A DNA stretch of 32,000 nt, from NCBI RefSeq assembly GCF_001481685.1, contig NZ_CP006867.1, positions 630,001 through 662,000 of the forward strand. The letters are read 5' to 3'. Both the position numbers and the translations under genes were made by a program. Source of the DNA: Ignicoccus islandicus DSM 13165. GTDB taxonomy: Archaea > Thermoproteota > Thermoprotei_A > Sulfolobales > Ignicoccaceae. The notes beneath the pieces are model-generated. The model was not told the origin of the DNA and made no database searches. It saw nothing but the letters and a program-made list of their open reading frames with translations. Positions 8,801 to 18,336 of this stretch are shown piece after piece. Numbering within the stretch: the stretch's first letter is position 1; each line of letters opens with the position of its first letter.

Positions 8801-9352
8801 TCAAAAACATTTCCTTATCATTAAATAAGCGTCTTCACCATCCATATAGTAGAATTTAAGTGTGGTAAAAATTTCGAATCCAAACTTCTTGTAGAGATTC
8901 TGTGCTCGGGTATTAGAGACCCTAACTTCCAAACATATTATCCTAAATACCTCTTCGGACGTAATGCTACCTTTTGAGCAGTGATCAATCAAAGCCCCGA
9001 GCAGTTTAGAACCTATTCCTCTGCCTTGGTATTCTCGTTTAACAGCTATCGAGAGTAAGTGGATGACTGAGTCATGCGGAATCCCTAATCTATGTGCAAC
9101 GTCTATAGGACACGTTATAACACCTCTCTCCGCCATTAAGTAACCAACTATTTCTCCATTAAGCTCGGCCACCAAAAACAAGTCCGGGTTCTTGTACAGT
9201 ACCCATTCGAAGAAACTATAAGGATAGTTCTCTGGTAGTTCCCTCCTATTAATTGCGACAACTGCCGGTAGGTCTTCTCTCGTTGCTCTTCTAACTACAA
9301 TGCCCCTTTCAACTACAGTCATTTTCGCCCATCCCTTAACGTACCACTTCAA
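8801..9352 (-). CDS. GNAT family N-acetyltransferase, RimI/Ard1-like
   Basis: LLSIAVKREYQGRGIGSKLL, VRVSNTRAQNLYKKFGFE. Confidence 0.88.
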   Translation of the reverse strand: MKWYVKGWAKMTVVERGIVVRRATREDLPAVVAINRRELPENYPYSFFEWVLYKNPDLFLVAELNGEIVGYLMAERGVITCPIDVAHRLGIPHDSVIHLLSIAVKREYQGRGIGSKLLGALIDHCSKGSITSEEVFRIICLEVRVSNTRAQNLYKKFGFEIFTTLKFYYMDGEDAYLMIRKCF

Positions 9353-9414
9353 TAGATTAGCGCGTTTGAAGATTATTTTAAATCGTTACTAGATTGAAAG
9401 GGTAGTGGAAGGCC

Positions 9415-10620
9415 GTGCATCCGGTCGAAGAGATTAGAGGTAGTAAATGGAATTCGTTGATGGGAAAATGTATACTTTTGGGTGTGAGTTACAGCGTAGC
9501 TCTATATAAGGCGATTGATTTAGCTAGGGAGTTGATAAAGCGTGGTGCAAACGTTAAAGTTGTAATGACTCAAGAAGCCTCTAGGGTAATTTCTCCGGAA
9601 ATCTTTCATTGGGCCACAGGAAACGATGTCGTCTATAAACTTAGTGGAGAAACTGAACATGTTACTCTATCAAGGGAATGCGATTCAATGGTAATATATC
9701 CAGCAACGTTAAACGTAGTATCGAAGCTCGCCTATGGAATAACGGACGATCCAGTAACCTTAACTGCAGTGAACTTTATCGGGTACTCCAAATACGTACT
9801 AGTGTTCCCAGTAATGCATAGATCCATGTATGATTCACCACAGTACTCCAATACGCTTAATATGTTAAAAAACATTGAAAACATTGTTCTTATTGAACCC
9901 GTCCTAGAGGATGGAAGAGTTAAGATATTAGATCCGCTAGAATCGGCTAATATAATTGAAAGCGTGACTTTACGTGGTAGAGATTTAAATGGCGTTAGGG
10001 CCTTAGTGACTGCCGGTCCTACTAGAGAGTACGTAGACAAGATACGCTTCATATCTAATCCGAGTAGCGGTAAGATGGGTGCAGCCATAGCATGGGAATT
10101 GTTTTCAAGAGGTGCTGAGGTATATGTTGTGAGAGGCCCATCGTTTGCCTCGTTCCCCCCTCAAGTCCAGATATATGACGTTGAAACAACTGAGGAAATG
10201 GCTGAGGTTGTAAAAGACATCGGGGAGGTAGATCTGGCATTCTTCGCGGCAGCTCCAGCTGATTACAAGCCAGCTGAAACCTTCCCAGGGAAAATAGATT
10301 CCAAGACTGAAATCGAGATTAAGCTATTACCTACACCTAAAGTCGCGAAAGTTAGCGCTGCAAAGAGGAAAGTTGGATTTACGGCAGTAGTGGGAGAGGA
10401 CATAATAGATGTTGCACTTACGAAAATGAATTCATACGGCTTCGATATGATCGTTGCCAATAAAGTTGATCGAAAGGACATAGGCTTTACCTCTGATATG
10501 AACGAAGTATACATTATTAGGAAAGATAAAACTATAAGACACGTTCCTAAGCTCCCTAAACTACTGGTCGCAAGGGCAATTGTGGATGAAAGCAAGGACT
10601 TGCTTCGAAATTCCGATTAA
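9415..10620 (+). CDS. coaBC: Bifunctional phosphopantothenoylcysteine decarboxylase / phosphopantothenate-cysteine ligase
   Basis: LGVSYSVALYKAIDLARELIKRGANVKVVMT; ALVTAGPTREYVDKIRFISNPSSGKMGAAIAWE; AAPADYKP. Confidence 0.94.
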   Translation: MHPVEEIRGSKWNSLMGKCILLGVSYSVALYKAIDLARELIKRGANVKVVMTQEASRVISPEIFHWATGNDVVYKLSGETEHVTLSRECDSMVIYPATLNVVSKLAYGITDDPVTLTAVNFIGYSKYVLVFPVMHRSMYDSPQYSNTLNMLKNIENIVLIEPVLEDGRVKILDPLESANIIESVTLRGRDLNGVRALVTAGPTREYVDKIRFISNPSSGKMGAAIAWELFSRGAEVYVVRGPSFASFPPQVQIYDVETTEEMAEVVKDIGEVDLAFFAAAPADYKPAETFPGKIDSKTEIEIKLLPTPKVAKVSAAKRKVGFTAVVGEDIIDVALTKMNSYGFDMIVANKVDRKDIGFTSDMNEVYIIRKDKTIRHVPKLPKLLVARAIVDESKDLLRNSD

Positions 10621-11407
10621 CGTTAGTGGTATTTGGAAACCCGTTTATACGCCATCACCGATAAGCACGGGTTCTTTAGGAGCTGGTATTATACTACGTC
10701 CTGGTGTTATATGCTGTCCTTCAATAAAACCGTTTCCAGTACTTCCTCATCATAGATTCTTCAAACGTAAAGTTCTCTGTAAGTTTAAAATACCTCTAGG
10801 CAAAGGCTTCTCTACCTCGGCCGTTTACTCCCTAGCCCACGCACTACTAAACTTCAGTCAATTCACTAGCGCGGTATCTAAGGCGCACGAAGTAGAGGTC
10901 ATTATGAGAACTGGTTTGGGTGACGTGATGGCGATATCTTACGGATACGGATTAGCTATTAGAATTAAGGCCGGTGGGCCAGGATGGGGTCGAGTATTAT
11001 CTATACGAGAACGAGCCCGACCCGTAATCATTGGTGTACTTCCTAAGAGTTCATGGAAAGATACGCCATCGATGTTATCATCGATATCAGACTATAGTTT
11101 CTTTGAGAAACTTTGGGAGGAGTTATTGGAAGAACGTGACCTATCAACTTTTTTAGGTGTTTCTAGAAAGTTTTCCGAACATCTCGGAGCATATCCACGA
11201 GAACTAGGCTTTGTAAATGAAATCGAAGGAGTTATTGGAAGTTACGCTAAGAAATCAATTTTCGTTATTGTTCTAGAGAATTGGAGCGTCTATGAGGACG
11301 TGAAGTCTAAGGTTGAGAACTTCTTTGAAAAATTATACTCCTTTGAGATTACGTCCTCCGGTCTTATACCCCTCAATCACAATTTAATACTTCACCAAGA
11401 AGTGTAG
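10586..11407 (+). CDS. GHMP-family kinase, likely archaeal pantoate kinase (start 10580 or 10586)
   Basis: SPISTGSLGAGIILRPGV near the N terminus, TGLGDVMAISYGYGLAIRIKAGGPG; directly follows coaBC. Confidence 0.8.
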   Translation: MKARTCFEIPINVSGIWKPVYTPSPISTGSLGAGIILRPGVICCPSIKPFPVLPHHRFFKRKVLCKFKIPLGKGFSTSAVYSLAHALLNFSQFTSAVSKAHEVEVIMRTGLGDVMAISYGYGLAIRIKAGGPGWGRVLSIRERARPVIIGVLPKSSWKDTPSMLSSISDYSFFEKLWEELLEERDLSTFLGVSRKFSEHLGAYPRELGFVNEIEGVIGSYAKKSIFVIVLENWSVYEDVKSKVENFFEKLYSFEITSSGLIPLNHNLILHQEV

Positions 11408-11422
11408 GCGGGGTAGACGCAA

Positions 11423-12172
11423 ATGGGTAAGAGGCTTAGACAACAGCGCCATGGTAGAGGAACGCCCCAATGGATGAACAGAGGACACCTCAGAGTAGCA
11501 CCGGCAAGGTACCCCTACCTCGATCCCACCAAGACCTACGAGGGAGTAATCTTAGAAATGAGACATGACCCTGGTAGGTGGGTCCCGCTAGCTAGAGTAG
11601 TGATACCCGGGGTTTCTGAATTCTGGATACCAGCCGGTGAAGGAATGTACGTTGGTCAAAAGGTAAAGATAGGACCCGACGCCGAACCTATTAACGGGAA
11701 CATACTTCCCCTCTCCAATATACCGGAAGGTATGCAAGTATTCAATATTGAACTTAGGCCAGGCGATGGTGGCAAGCTAGTTAGGGCCGGTGGAACTTAC
11801 GCTTTGGTAGTAGGTAAAAGCGGGAACAAGGTAATTGTTCAACTGCCTAGCGGCAAGGTGAAGCAAATAGACGGTAGGTGCAGAGCAACTATCGGAATCG
11901 TTGCTGGAGCTGGCAGAACGGAGAAACCATTACTCAAAGCTGGAAACAGTTACTATAAGTGGAAGGCCAAAGCGAAGAAGTGGCCTATAGTTAGAGGAGT
12001 TGCCATGAACGCGGTGAACCACCCCCACGGTGGTGGTAGCCACCAGAGTCCAAGCTTCCCCACAACTAGAGCCAGAGAAGCTCCACCGGGCCAGAAAGTT
12101 GGCCATATTGCAGCGAGATGTACTGGTAGAGGATGTAAGCAAGCCAAAGCGAAGTACTTTAAGATGGGTTGA
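11423..12172 (+). CDS. rpl2: 50S ribosomal protein L2
   Basis: MGKRLRQQRHGRGTPQW..., RGVAMNAVNHPHGGGSHQSP, GQKVGHIAARCTGR. Confidence 0.97.
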   Translation: MGKRLRQQRHGRGTPQWMNRGHLRVAPARYPYLDPTKTYEGVILEMRHDPGRWVPLARVVIPGVSEFWIPAGEGMYVGQKVKIGPDAEPINGNILPLSNIPEGMQVFNIELRPGDGGKLVRAGGTYALVVGKSGNKVIVQLPSGKVKQIDGRCRATIGIVAGAGRTEKPLLKAGNSYYKWKAKAKKWPIVRGVAMNAVNHPHGGGSHQSPSFPTTRAREAPPGQKVGHIAARCTGRGCKQAKAKYFKMG

Positions 12173-12232
12173 AGTGAAACTTGAAATGGTAAGGATTAAT
12201 TTTTTAAATCTCACATGGAACCTATCCCTGGA

Positions 12233-12320
12233 GCCGGGGTCGCCTAGCCTGGTTAGGGCGCCGGCCTGCTAAGCCGGTGGGGGAAACCCCGCGCGGGTTC
12301 AAATCCCGCCCCCGGCGCCA
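12233..12320 (+). tRNA. tRNA-Ser(GCT), CCA encoded
   Basis: Acceptor GCCGGGG/CCCCGGC, anticodon stem-loop CCGGC-CTGCTAA-GCCGG, long variable arm GGGG-GAAA-CCCC, T arm GCGGG-TTCAAAT-CCCGC, then G-CCA. Confidence 0.96.
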
Positions 12321-12455
12321 TCCGTTCTCTACCTCTCTCGCGAATTGACTCGCTTGTTTGTCCGATTAGATGCCCAAAAATCAATGGTTTCGTTTAATTA
12401 CCTACTTACTAAATCACTTCAGACTTAAATGGACTAGATAGAGGGGGTAAAGGAT

Positions 12456-13019
12456 ATGCCTGAAAATTCTAATTCTAGAGACAAAGGTATTAGGATTGAT
12501 AACGTTGATATTGAAACAGTAGCGAAAGCCTTCGCGAACTTCAGTGAAAAATTCCTATTTGACATACTACCAGAGGAGTTGAGCAAGTACATTGGGGAGG
12601 GTGCATCAGTAGCACTTATTTACAATATAGTTAAGAAAGGTGCTAAAGAAACGCTAGGTGAAGAAATAAAGAAAGTGATGGAAATAAAAGGTCTCGAAGA
12701 CGCTTTGAAGGCTTGCTATCTACCCTATGCGTTAGTCGGAATGGATTTTGAACATGAAGAAGAGAAAGTTTCCGATAACGAGGTCATTGTTAAAGTTACT
12801 AAGTGTCCCCACTTCAAGTATACTAAGACCAAACCGTTTGCATGTGTTGCATGTGCGGCCGTGAAAGCTGGTATAATAGAAGACTTACGAGGAAAACCTG
12901 TACAAGTGATACTGAAGAAGAGGAAGGTGGGCAGTACTAATCCTAAGATAGTTATTGAAATAAAGAAACACATGCCCTCCGGAGATGAATATTGCGAATT
13001 CCACGTTAAGGAAATGTAA
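12456..13019 (+). CDS. Cys-motif protein resembling ATC-hydrolase-like / V4R-like domains
   Basis: Motifs KCPHF...FACVACAAV...MPSGDEYCEFHV resemble the CP...CxxC...GDxxCxF pattern of that group. Recalled from memory, not searched. Confidence 0.55.
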   Translation: MPENSNSRDKGIRIDNVDIETVAKAFANFSEKFLFDILPEELSKYIGEGASVALIYNIVKKGAKETLGEEIKKVMEIKGLEDALKACYLPYALVGMDFEHEEEKVSDNEVIVKVTKCPHFKYTKTKPFACVACAAVKAGIIEDLRGKPVQVILKKRKVGSTNPKIVIEIKKHMPSGDEYCEFHVKEM

Positions 13020-13075
13020 AATGCACGAATATTACTCTATATTATCTATATAATTTAAGCTTTACCCGAGGCTGA

Positions 13076-14083
13076 ATGCGAATGATACTCAAGCATCGTA
13101 AAAGGCCTGTAAAGAGAGAGAAAGTCGTTGTTGTACATCACAATGACTTCGACGGTATCATGGGTGCGGTAGCGCTCTATAGGTATCATTCGTCGTCCGA
13201 GTTTAAGGCGATTGGTTCATCTAGAAGGAACTTCCTAAAGAATTTCAAGAAAGCCGTAAAGGAGAAACCCAATGTGCTCTACGTAGTTGATATAGGACCA
13301 AATGAAAGCGAAATACCTATGCTAAGGGACTTACTCACTGGGAAGAACTTTAAGTTAATTTGGATGGATCATCATAAATGGACCGACGAAGTCCTCAAGT
13401 CCGTGAACGAGCTCGCAGATGAGGTAGTTTACGATAGAAGTACATGCGGTGCCGGATTAGCTGCTAGATACGTAGAATCTAAAGGCTATAGCCTATGCAA
13501 TTGTTGTAAGGAACTCGTCGATTTGAGTTGCGATATAGACTTATGGATAAGGTCTGATCCACGAAGCGAGAAAATGAGCTTGGCCTTAGGGAACTTGAGA
13601 TGGCGTGGATTTCTAGTAGATAAGCTATGGAAGTGTATTGGATGGGATAGAGATTGGGAGGACGCCTATAGGGAGGTATTGGAATATATGAACAAAGTAT
13701 TAGATAGAGGCTTAAACAAGAAAGTCGAGTTACAAGTAAACGGGATCAAGGCAATAGTCATACCAATAACGCGGAAGGAAATAGCTCTGGTTTCTTTCTT
13801 GGCCGAAGAGTTGAGGAAGAGAGCGCATTACGATGTAATAGTTTTCGTAAGCGATGTAGGGAGCGTTCATATGAGGAGGGGAAGCGAAACAATAGACTTA
13901 AGCGAACTTGCTAGAAAGTTGGGCGGTGGTGGACATCCGGCGGCGGCAGGCGCGAGCCTCAATTACACCTTCATAGATAAACTTATTCACAAGCTTTTCT
14001 TAAAGCCTAGAAGAATTGAAGAAATAGAGAAAGCACTTAAGGAAGTACTCAAAGAATCAAATGTGACGGAACGTACAGTGTAG
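13076..14083 (+). CDS. DHH/DHHA1 family phosphoesterase
   Basis: VVHHNDFDGIMGAVALYR, WMDHHKW, YDRSTCGAGLAARY, GGGGHPAAAGASL. Confidence 0.9.
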   Translation: MRMILKHRKRPVKREKVVVVHHNDFDGIMGAVALYRYHSSSEFKAIGSSRRNFLKNFKKAVKEKPNVLYVVDIGPNESEIPMLRDLLTGKNFKLIWMDHHKWTDEVLKSVNELADEVVYDRSTCGAGLAARYVESKGYSLCNCCKELVDLSCDIDLWIRSDPRSEKMSLALGNLRWRGFLVDKLWKCIGWDRDWEDAYREVLEYMNKVLDRGLNKKVELQVNGIKAIVIPITRKEIALVSFLAEELRKRAHYDVIVFVSDVGSVHMRRGSETIDLSELARKLGGGGHPAAAGASLNYTFIDKLIHKLFLKPRRIEEIEKALKEVLKESNVTERTV

Positions 14084-14503
14084 CTAGTCTTCATTCTCAC
14101 TACATCGCAATTTGCTCAAAGCGGTACCCTTTATCCAAACTTTAGAGAGAACGCCTAACTCATTTACTTTAAAGAGATGGGTGACATGGTTCGGTTTATC
14201 TGTAGAACCGAATTTAGGTATAGCAACTTCCATATTCTCAATAGCCAGATTGTAGAGATCGTCTTCAGTTAAGCAAGGGAAAAGGAAAGCTAATAACGGA
14301 TTACTGATTGGGGCAAGGTAATCGATGTGCCAATGAGGTTTCTTGAATGTTTTCAATAGGTGACGTTTAACTCTACTATAGAGACCTCCACTTCCCCATG
14401 CCGAGCCTATGTAGACGTATAGACCCTCCTGAAGGCGCCACTTCTCATTGTATTCCCTTTCGATTTCCAAAACGAGCATGTAAGCTCCGCGCACGTATCT
14501 CAT
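14084..14503 (-). CDS. DUF123 / GIY-YIG-like domain protein
   Basis: GAYMLVLEIE...GLYVYIGSAWGSGGLYSRVKRHLLKTFKKPHWHIDYL. Confidence 0.85.
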   Translation of the reverse strand: MRYVRGAYMLVLEIEREYNEKWRLQEGLYVYIGSAWGSGGLYSRVKRHLLKTFKKPHWHIDYLAPISNPLLAFLFPCLTEDDLYNLAIENMEVAIPKFGSTDKPNHVTHLFKVNELGVLSKVWIKGTALSKLRCSENED

Positions 14504-14570
14504 TCGATCCCTTATCCACTTAAACAGACTTTATGGATAGTATATTTTGCTCACGGCAACTCCTAACTGT

Positions 14571-14622
14571 TTCAATTCAATTCATGAATTGAACTCAATA
14601 TTAGAATTGAAAATTTTAATTC
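14571..14622. promoter_or_regulatory. Candidate operator/promoter region upstream of hcp
   Basis: Perfect 18-bp palindrome TTCAATTCATGAATTGAA at 14576-14593, an extra TTCAATTC at 14571, and a second imperfect dyad GAATTGAA...TTTAATTC at 14604-14622. Confidence 0.6.
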
Positions 14623-14649
14623 GTAATTTGAGGTATCGAGGAGAAAACC

Positions 14650-15981
14650 TTGACTGTGAGTCTTGCAATGAGATGTGATCAATGCGCTATGAGCCTTCCC
14701 GGCGGATGCACCTCTAGGGGAGTTTGCGGAAAGGACCCTGATCTAAATTCTCTCCAAGAAGCATTAATATATGGACTTAAAGGTACGGCTGCATACTATT
14801 ATCACGCGCTCGAGCACGGTTATAAAGATAGCGAGATAGATGAATTTCTTGCGAAAGCTCTATATACTACCCTAACCAACGTTAATTTCAATAAAGAACA
14901 TTTCATACAATTCATTCTAGAAGCTGGTAAAATACACCTTAAAGCCATGGAATTGCTCGATAAAGCCTACGTCGAAACGTACGGTCAACCGAAACCTACT
15001 GAAGTGCCCACAGGAACTGAAGAAGGTCACGGAATACTGGTTACCGGACACTCTTACAAGGCGATCTATGAACTCCTTAAGCAGATAAAAGAGAAGGGCT
15101 TAGAGAACGAAATAAATGTGTATACGCATTCCGAAATGTTGCCGGCGCACTCTTATCCTGTACTCAAGGGTTTCGGTAATTTGTGCTGTAATTGGGGAGG
15201 TAGTTGGGTCTATCAACTAAAGGAGTTCTCGCAATTCCCTGGACCAATTGTAGGGACATCTAACTGCGTCCAAGAGCCCTTGCCTACCTATGCTGATAGA
15301 ATGTTTACAGTTAGCGTAGCTGGATTGGAGAACGCGAAACACATCAACGATTTCGACTTCTCACCAGTGATAAAGAAGGCACTGGAAACTAAGAAGTTGG
15401 AGAAAAGAGAAAACGGTAAGATCGTCACGGGCTTTCATCATACTAACGTACTCCCGTTAATGGACAAAGTAATCGACTTGATCCACGAGGGCAAGATAAG
15501 GCACGTCTTCGTTATAGGTGGTTGCGATCTACCGAACAGTAAAATGAGTTACTACGAGGAATTAACCAGTTTGGTTCCTAAGGATAGCATAATTTTAAGT
15601 GCGGCATGTGCCAAGTTTAGGTATAATGCCAAGGATTACGGTTACATAGAAGGTATACCGAGATTCATGGACTTCGGTCAATGCAATAACGTATATTCGA
15701 TAATAGTCTTAGCAGCTGAATTATCCAAGAGGTTGGGTAAGGATCTTAACCAGCTACCAGTTAGCATTGTCCTTAGCTGGATGGAACAGAAGGCTGTTGG
15801 AATACTTTACACGCTGCTCTATTTAGGAATAAGGGGGATATACATAGGACCCGTTCTTCCTCAGTTCTTCACAAGCAATATAGCAGAAGAGTTCGTAAAG
15901 CGCTTCGACTTAAGGTTAGTCAGTGATCCTAAGAGCGACCTAAAGCAAATGCTCTCAAAGGGTATAACTGTCGGTAACTAA
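14650..15981 (+). CDS. hcp: Hydroxylamine reductase / hybrid-cluster protein (start may be ATG at 14668)
   Basis: MRCDQCAMSLPGGCTSRGVCGKDPDL N-terminal cluster; GHSYKAIYELL; VGTSNCVQEP; VIGGCD; SAACAKFRYN; GQCNN; VLSWMEQKAVG. Confidence 0.93.
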   Translation: MTVSLAMRCDQCAMSLPGGCTSRGVCGKDPDLNSLQEALIYGLKGTAAYYYHALEHGYKDSEIDEFLAKALYTTLTNVNFNKEHFIQFILEAGKIHLKAMELLDKAYVETYGQPKPTEVPTGTEEGHGILVTGHSYKAIYELLKQIKEKGLENEINVYTHSEMLPAHSYPVLKGFGNLCCNWGGSWVYQLKEFSQFPGPIVGTSNCVQEPLPTYADRMFTVSVAGLENAKHINDFDFSPVIKKALETKKLEKRENGKIVTGFHHTNVLPLMDKVIDLIHEGKIRHVFVIGGCDLPNSKMSYYEELTSLVPKDSIILSAACAKFRYNAKDYGYIEGIPRFMDFGQCNNVYSIIVLAAELSKRLGKDLNQLPVSIVLSWMEQKAVGILYTLLYLGIRGIYIGPVLPQFFTSNIAEEFVKRFDLRLVSDPKSDLKQMLSKGITVGN

Positions 15982-16075
15982 ACATTGAAGCTAAGTATTT
16001 ACTCAATACGATTCCAATGAGACACAGTAGTTCGCGTTATCTCATCATCCGAACTATTTTTATTACGGGAGCTAT

Positions 16076-16315
16076 TTGGTAATTTACACTTTAAACCGAA
16101 TAGTAAATTGTCTCCGATTTTTGAATGAGAGAGATGCGATTTTAGCTAGCTATCCTGGCACGGTCCTATCACTTGATGAGATTGGTGGACTGTACGTCTT
16201 AAGCGTGGAAGTCTGCAGTAGTTATCACATTAAGTTGTTTAAGTCGAATTTGCGCAAGGCTGGCTTTAAGAAGCTTAGTAAGAAGGTAATTGTTAAGTGT
16301 TCAAAGAAGCTCTAG
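16076..16315 (+). CDS. Small hypothetical protein, 79 aa
   Basis: Intact ORF in the gap between hcp and trpF, converging with trpF. No family recognised. Confidence 0.5.
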   Translation: MVIYTLNRIVNCLRFLNERDAILASYPGTVLSLDEIGGLYVLSVEVCSSYHIKLFKSNLRKAGFKKLSKKVIVKCSKKL

Positions 16316-16906
16316 TCCAATAACCTTTTCAGCGAACATCCTCATTAAGACCGGATCCTTCTTTCCAGGTTTGGACTCTATTCCACTGCTCACGTCAACT
16401 AAGTCCACGTTTAATTCCTTTAATATGGATAAGTTTTCTACCCTTAAGCCACCGGCAACGCCCAATAACGGTGGGGAAAGGAATTTAAACCATGTGGTCA
16501 GTGTTACCTTACTATTATGATTCTTCACATCTATGAGTAAGTATTCGATGTCTCTAATTTTGTTCAACGTCCATCCTTCTTGAGAGTTTACTGCTAGAGC
16601 TATACCTATATCGTAGTTGCTTAATAGGTGACGCCATTTTTCGTAACTTTCAGGTTCTGCCCAGTGAAGTTGAACAATATCAACGCTGCTACCTAATATC
16701 ACGTCAATGTTAGGTTCCTTGCGCGAGTCAATTACACCTACGATCTTCACGTGTCTCGGAATAATTGAAGCTATATCTCTAACAATCTGAGGGTTTACTA
16801 ACCGGGGCGATTTAGCATCTATTATAAATCCCAGGTATAGAGCACCGACCTCGACAGCCAATAACGCGTCCTCCTCGTTAGTCAAACCGCAAATCTTTAG
16901 CAACAT
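16301..16906 (-). CDS. trpF: Phosphoribosylanthranilate isomerase
   Basis: LLKICGLTNEEDALLAVEVGALYLGFI, VDIVQLHW, LLGVAGGLRVENL, VDVSSGIES. Confidence 0.92.
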   Translation of the reverse strand: MLLKICGLTNEEDALLAVEVGALYLGFIIDAKSPRLVNPQIVRDIASIIPRHVKIVGVIDSRKEPNIDVILGSSVDIVQLHWAEPESYEKWRHLLSNYDIGIALAVNSQEGWTLNKIRDIEYLLIDVKNHNSKVTLTTWFKFLSPPLLGVAGGLRVENLSILKELNVDLVDVSSGIESKPGKKDPVLMRMFAEKVIGLELL

Positions 16907-16989
16907 TTCCTTATGTCACACCTAGGAAGACTTCTCGTTAATCACCTAAAAATAGTCCTTTCCAGTAGACGTTCACGGGCCTCTTAAGT

Positions 16990-18336
16990 ATGGAAAAACA
17001 AGAGAAACTGAGTTTAATAGATGCAGTAGCTCTCGGAGTTGGTATTATAATAGGTGCATCTATATTCTCGCTTATAGGGGTAGATATACAAATAGCGGGA
17101 AGGAACCTACCAGAAGCCTTCCTTCTTTCGGGTATAGTGGCTCTTGGGATAGCATATTCGTATGCGAAACTAGGAACAATAATAACGTCTAATGCAGGTC
17201 CGATTGAATACGCTCTTCATGCATTTGGAGATAACGTATTCATAGGATTCCTAGCGACAATCTACTGGATAAGCTACGTGGTTTCAATAGCGCTGTTCGC
17301 ATTTACGTTTTCGAGTTATTTACTCGGAGCGTTGGGATTAGAAAAGAACTGGTTACTACACTCTGTAACGAATGCAACGATAATATCGATTTTTACGGCC
17401 CTTAACTTCAAGGGAGCCAAGTCCGTAGGAAATGCCGAAACAGTACTCGTCTTTTTGAAGCTGTTTATATTATTCTTACTAATAACTGCTGGATTGGTTG
17501 CTTTAAAGGTTGAGAAGCTAGTGCCCGATTTGAGTCAAGAAGGATTGAGGAAGCTAGTTACTGCAGCTACTCTAACTCTTCTAAGTTACGCTGGGTTCGG
17601 TGTTATAACTAACGCTTCAGAAAACATTGAAAATCCTAAAAGGAACGTACCTTTAGCTATTTACCTAAGCTTGCTAATATCCCTCATAGTCTACTTACTA
17701 ATCTCGATCGTAGCTGTAGGCGCTACGGAGATCGGAAACGTGGTAAAATATAAGGATTACGCTCTAGCGGTAATAGCTCGACCCTTATTGGGCGATTTAG
17801 GGTTCTATCTAGTAAGTTTCGGAGCTCTCGTCTCGACGTTATCAGCTTTAAACTCGGCCCTCTATGGTGGGGCCAACGTCGCTTACGCGTTAGCTAAGAA
17901 AGGCGAACTACCAAGAGTTTTTGAGAGAAAGGTCTGGTTCGGTGAACCAGAGGGACTCTTCATTACTGCTATTTTAGGTTTCTTACTATCGGTATCGTTG
18001 AATATCGAAGGTATAGCTGAGCTTACTACCTTCTCAATAATTATCGTATACTTAGCAGTAATAGCTTCTCACTGGAAGTTGAGGAAGTACACCAATGGAA
18101 ACTCGTTTATTATTTCACTATCAATAATCGCAGTGAGCCTTATGTCTGCTAACCTACTGTACTATACGTACATTACGAACGAGAAAGCCTTCTGGACCTC
18201 TGTAGTAGCTATTTTGGCCTCGGTTGCGTTTGAAATAGTATATCGTGGGTTCACTGGGAGAGGATTCTCTAAGAGAGCGAGCGAATGGTATAGAAGAGCT
18301 AGAGGAATAAGGAAATCCAATCACAAGTCCTCTTGA
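16990..18336 (+). CDS. APC superfamily amino acid permease
   Basis: LIDAVALGVGIIIGASIFSLIG...SYAGFGVITNASENIENPKRNVPLAI with multiple TM segments. Confidence 0.9.
   Translation: MEKQEKLSLIDAVALGVGIIIGASIFSLIGVDIQIAGRNLPEAFLLSGIVALGIAYSYAKLGTIITSNAGPIEYALHAFGDNVFIGFLATIYWISYVVSIALFAFTFSSYLLGALGLEKNWLLHSVTNATIISIFTALNFKGAKSVGNAETVLVFLKLFILFLLITAGLVALKVEKLVPDLSQEGLRKLVTAATLTLLSYAGFGVITNASENIENPKRNVPLAIYLSLLISLIVYLLISIVAVGATEIGNVVKYKDYALAVIARPLLGDLGFYLVSFGALVSTLSALNSALYGGANVAYALAKKGELPRVFERKVWFGEPEGLFITAILGFLLSVSLNIEGIAELTTFSIIIVYLAVIASHWKLRKYTNGNSFIISLSIIAVSLMSANLLYYTYITNEKAFWTSVVAILASVAFEIVYRGFTGRGFSKRASEWYRRARGIRKSNHKSS

Noticed and set aside
12030-12272. ORF 12030..12272 (+) and antisense ORFs 11930..12214, 11953..12147
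   Set aside because: Overlap the rpl2 coding region in other frames, and 12030..12272 runs into tRNA-Ser; spurious.
13359-13378. Minus-strand ATGATGA box
   Set aside because: Encodes the MDHHK motif of the DHH protein and has no accompanying D box.
16015-16062. Minus-strand GATGATGA in the hcp / 79-aa ORF gap, considered as a C/D sRNA
   Set aside because: No convincing D or D' CUGA box and no C' box at the required spacing.
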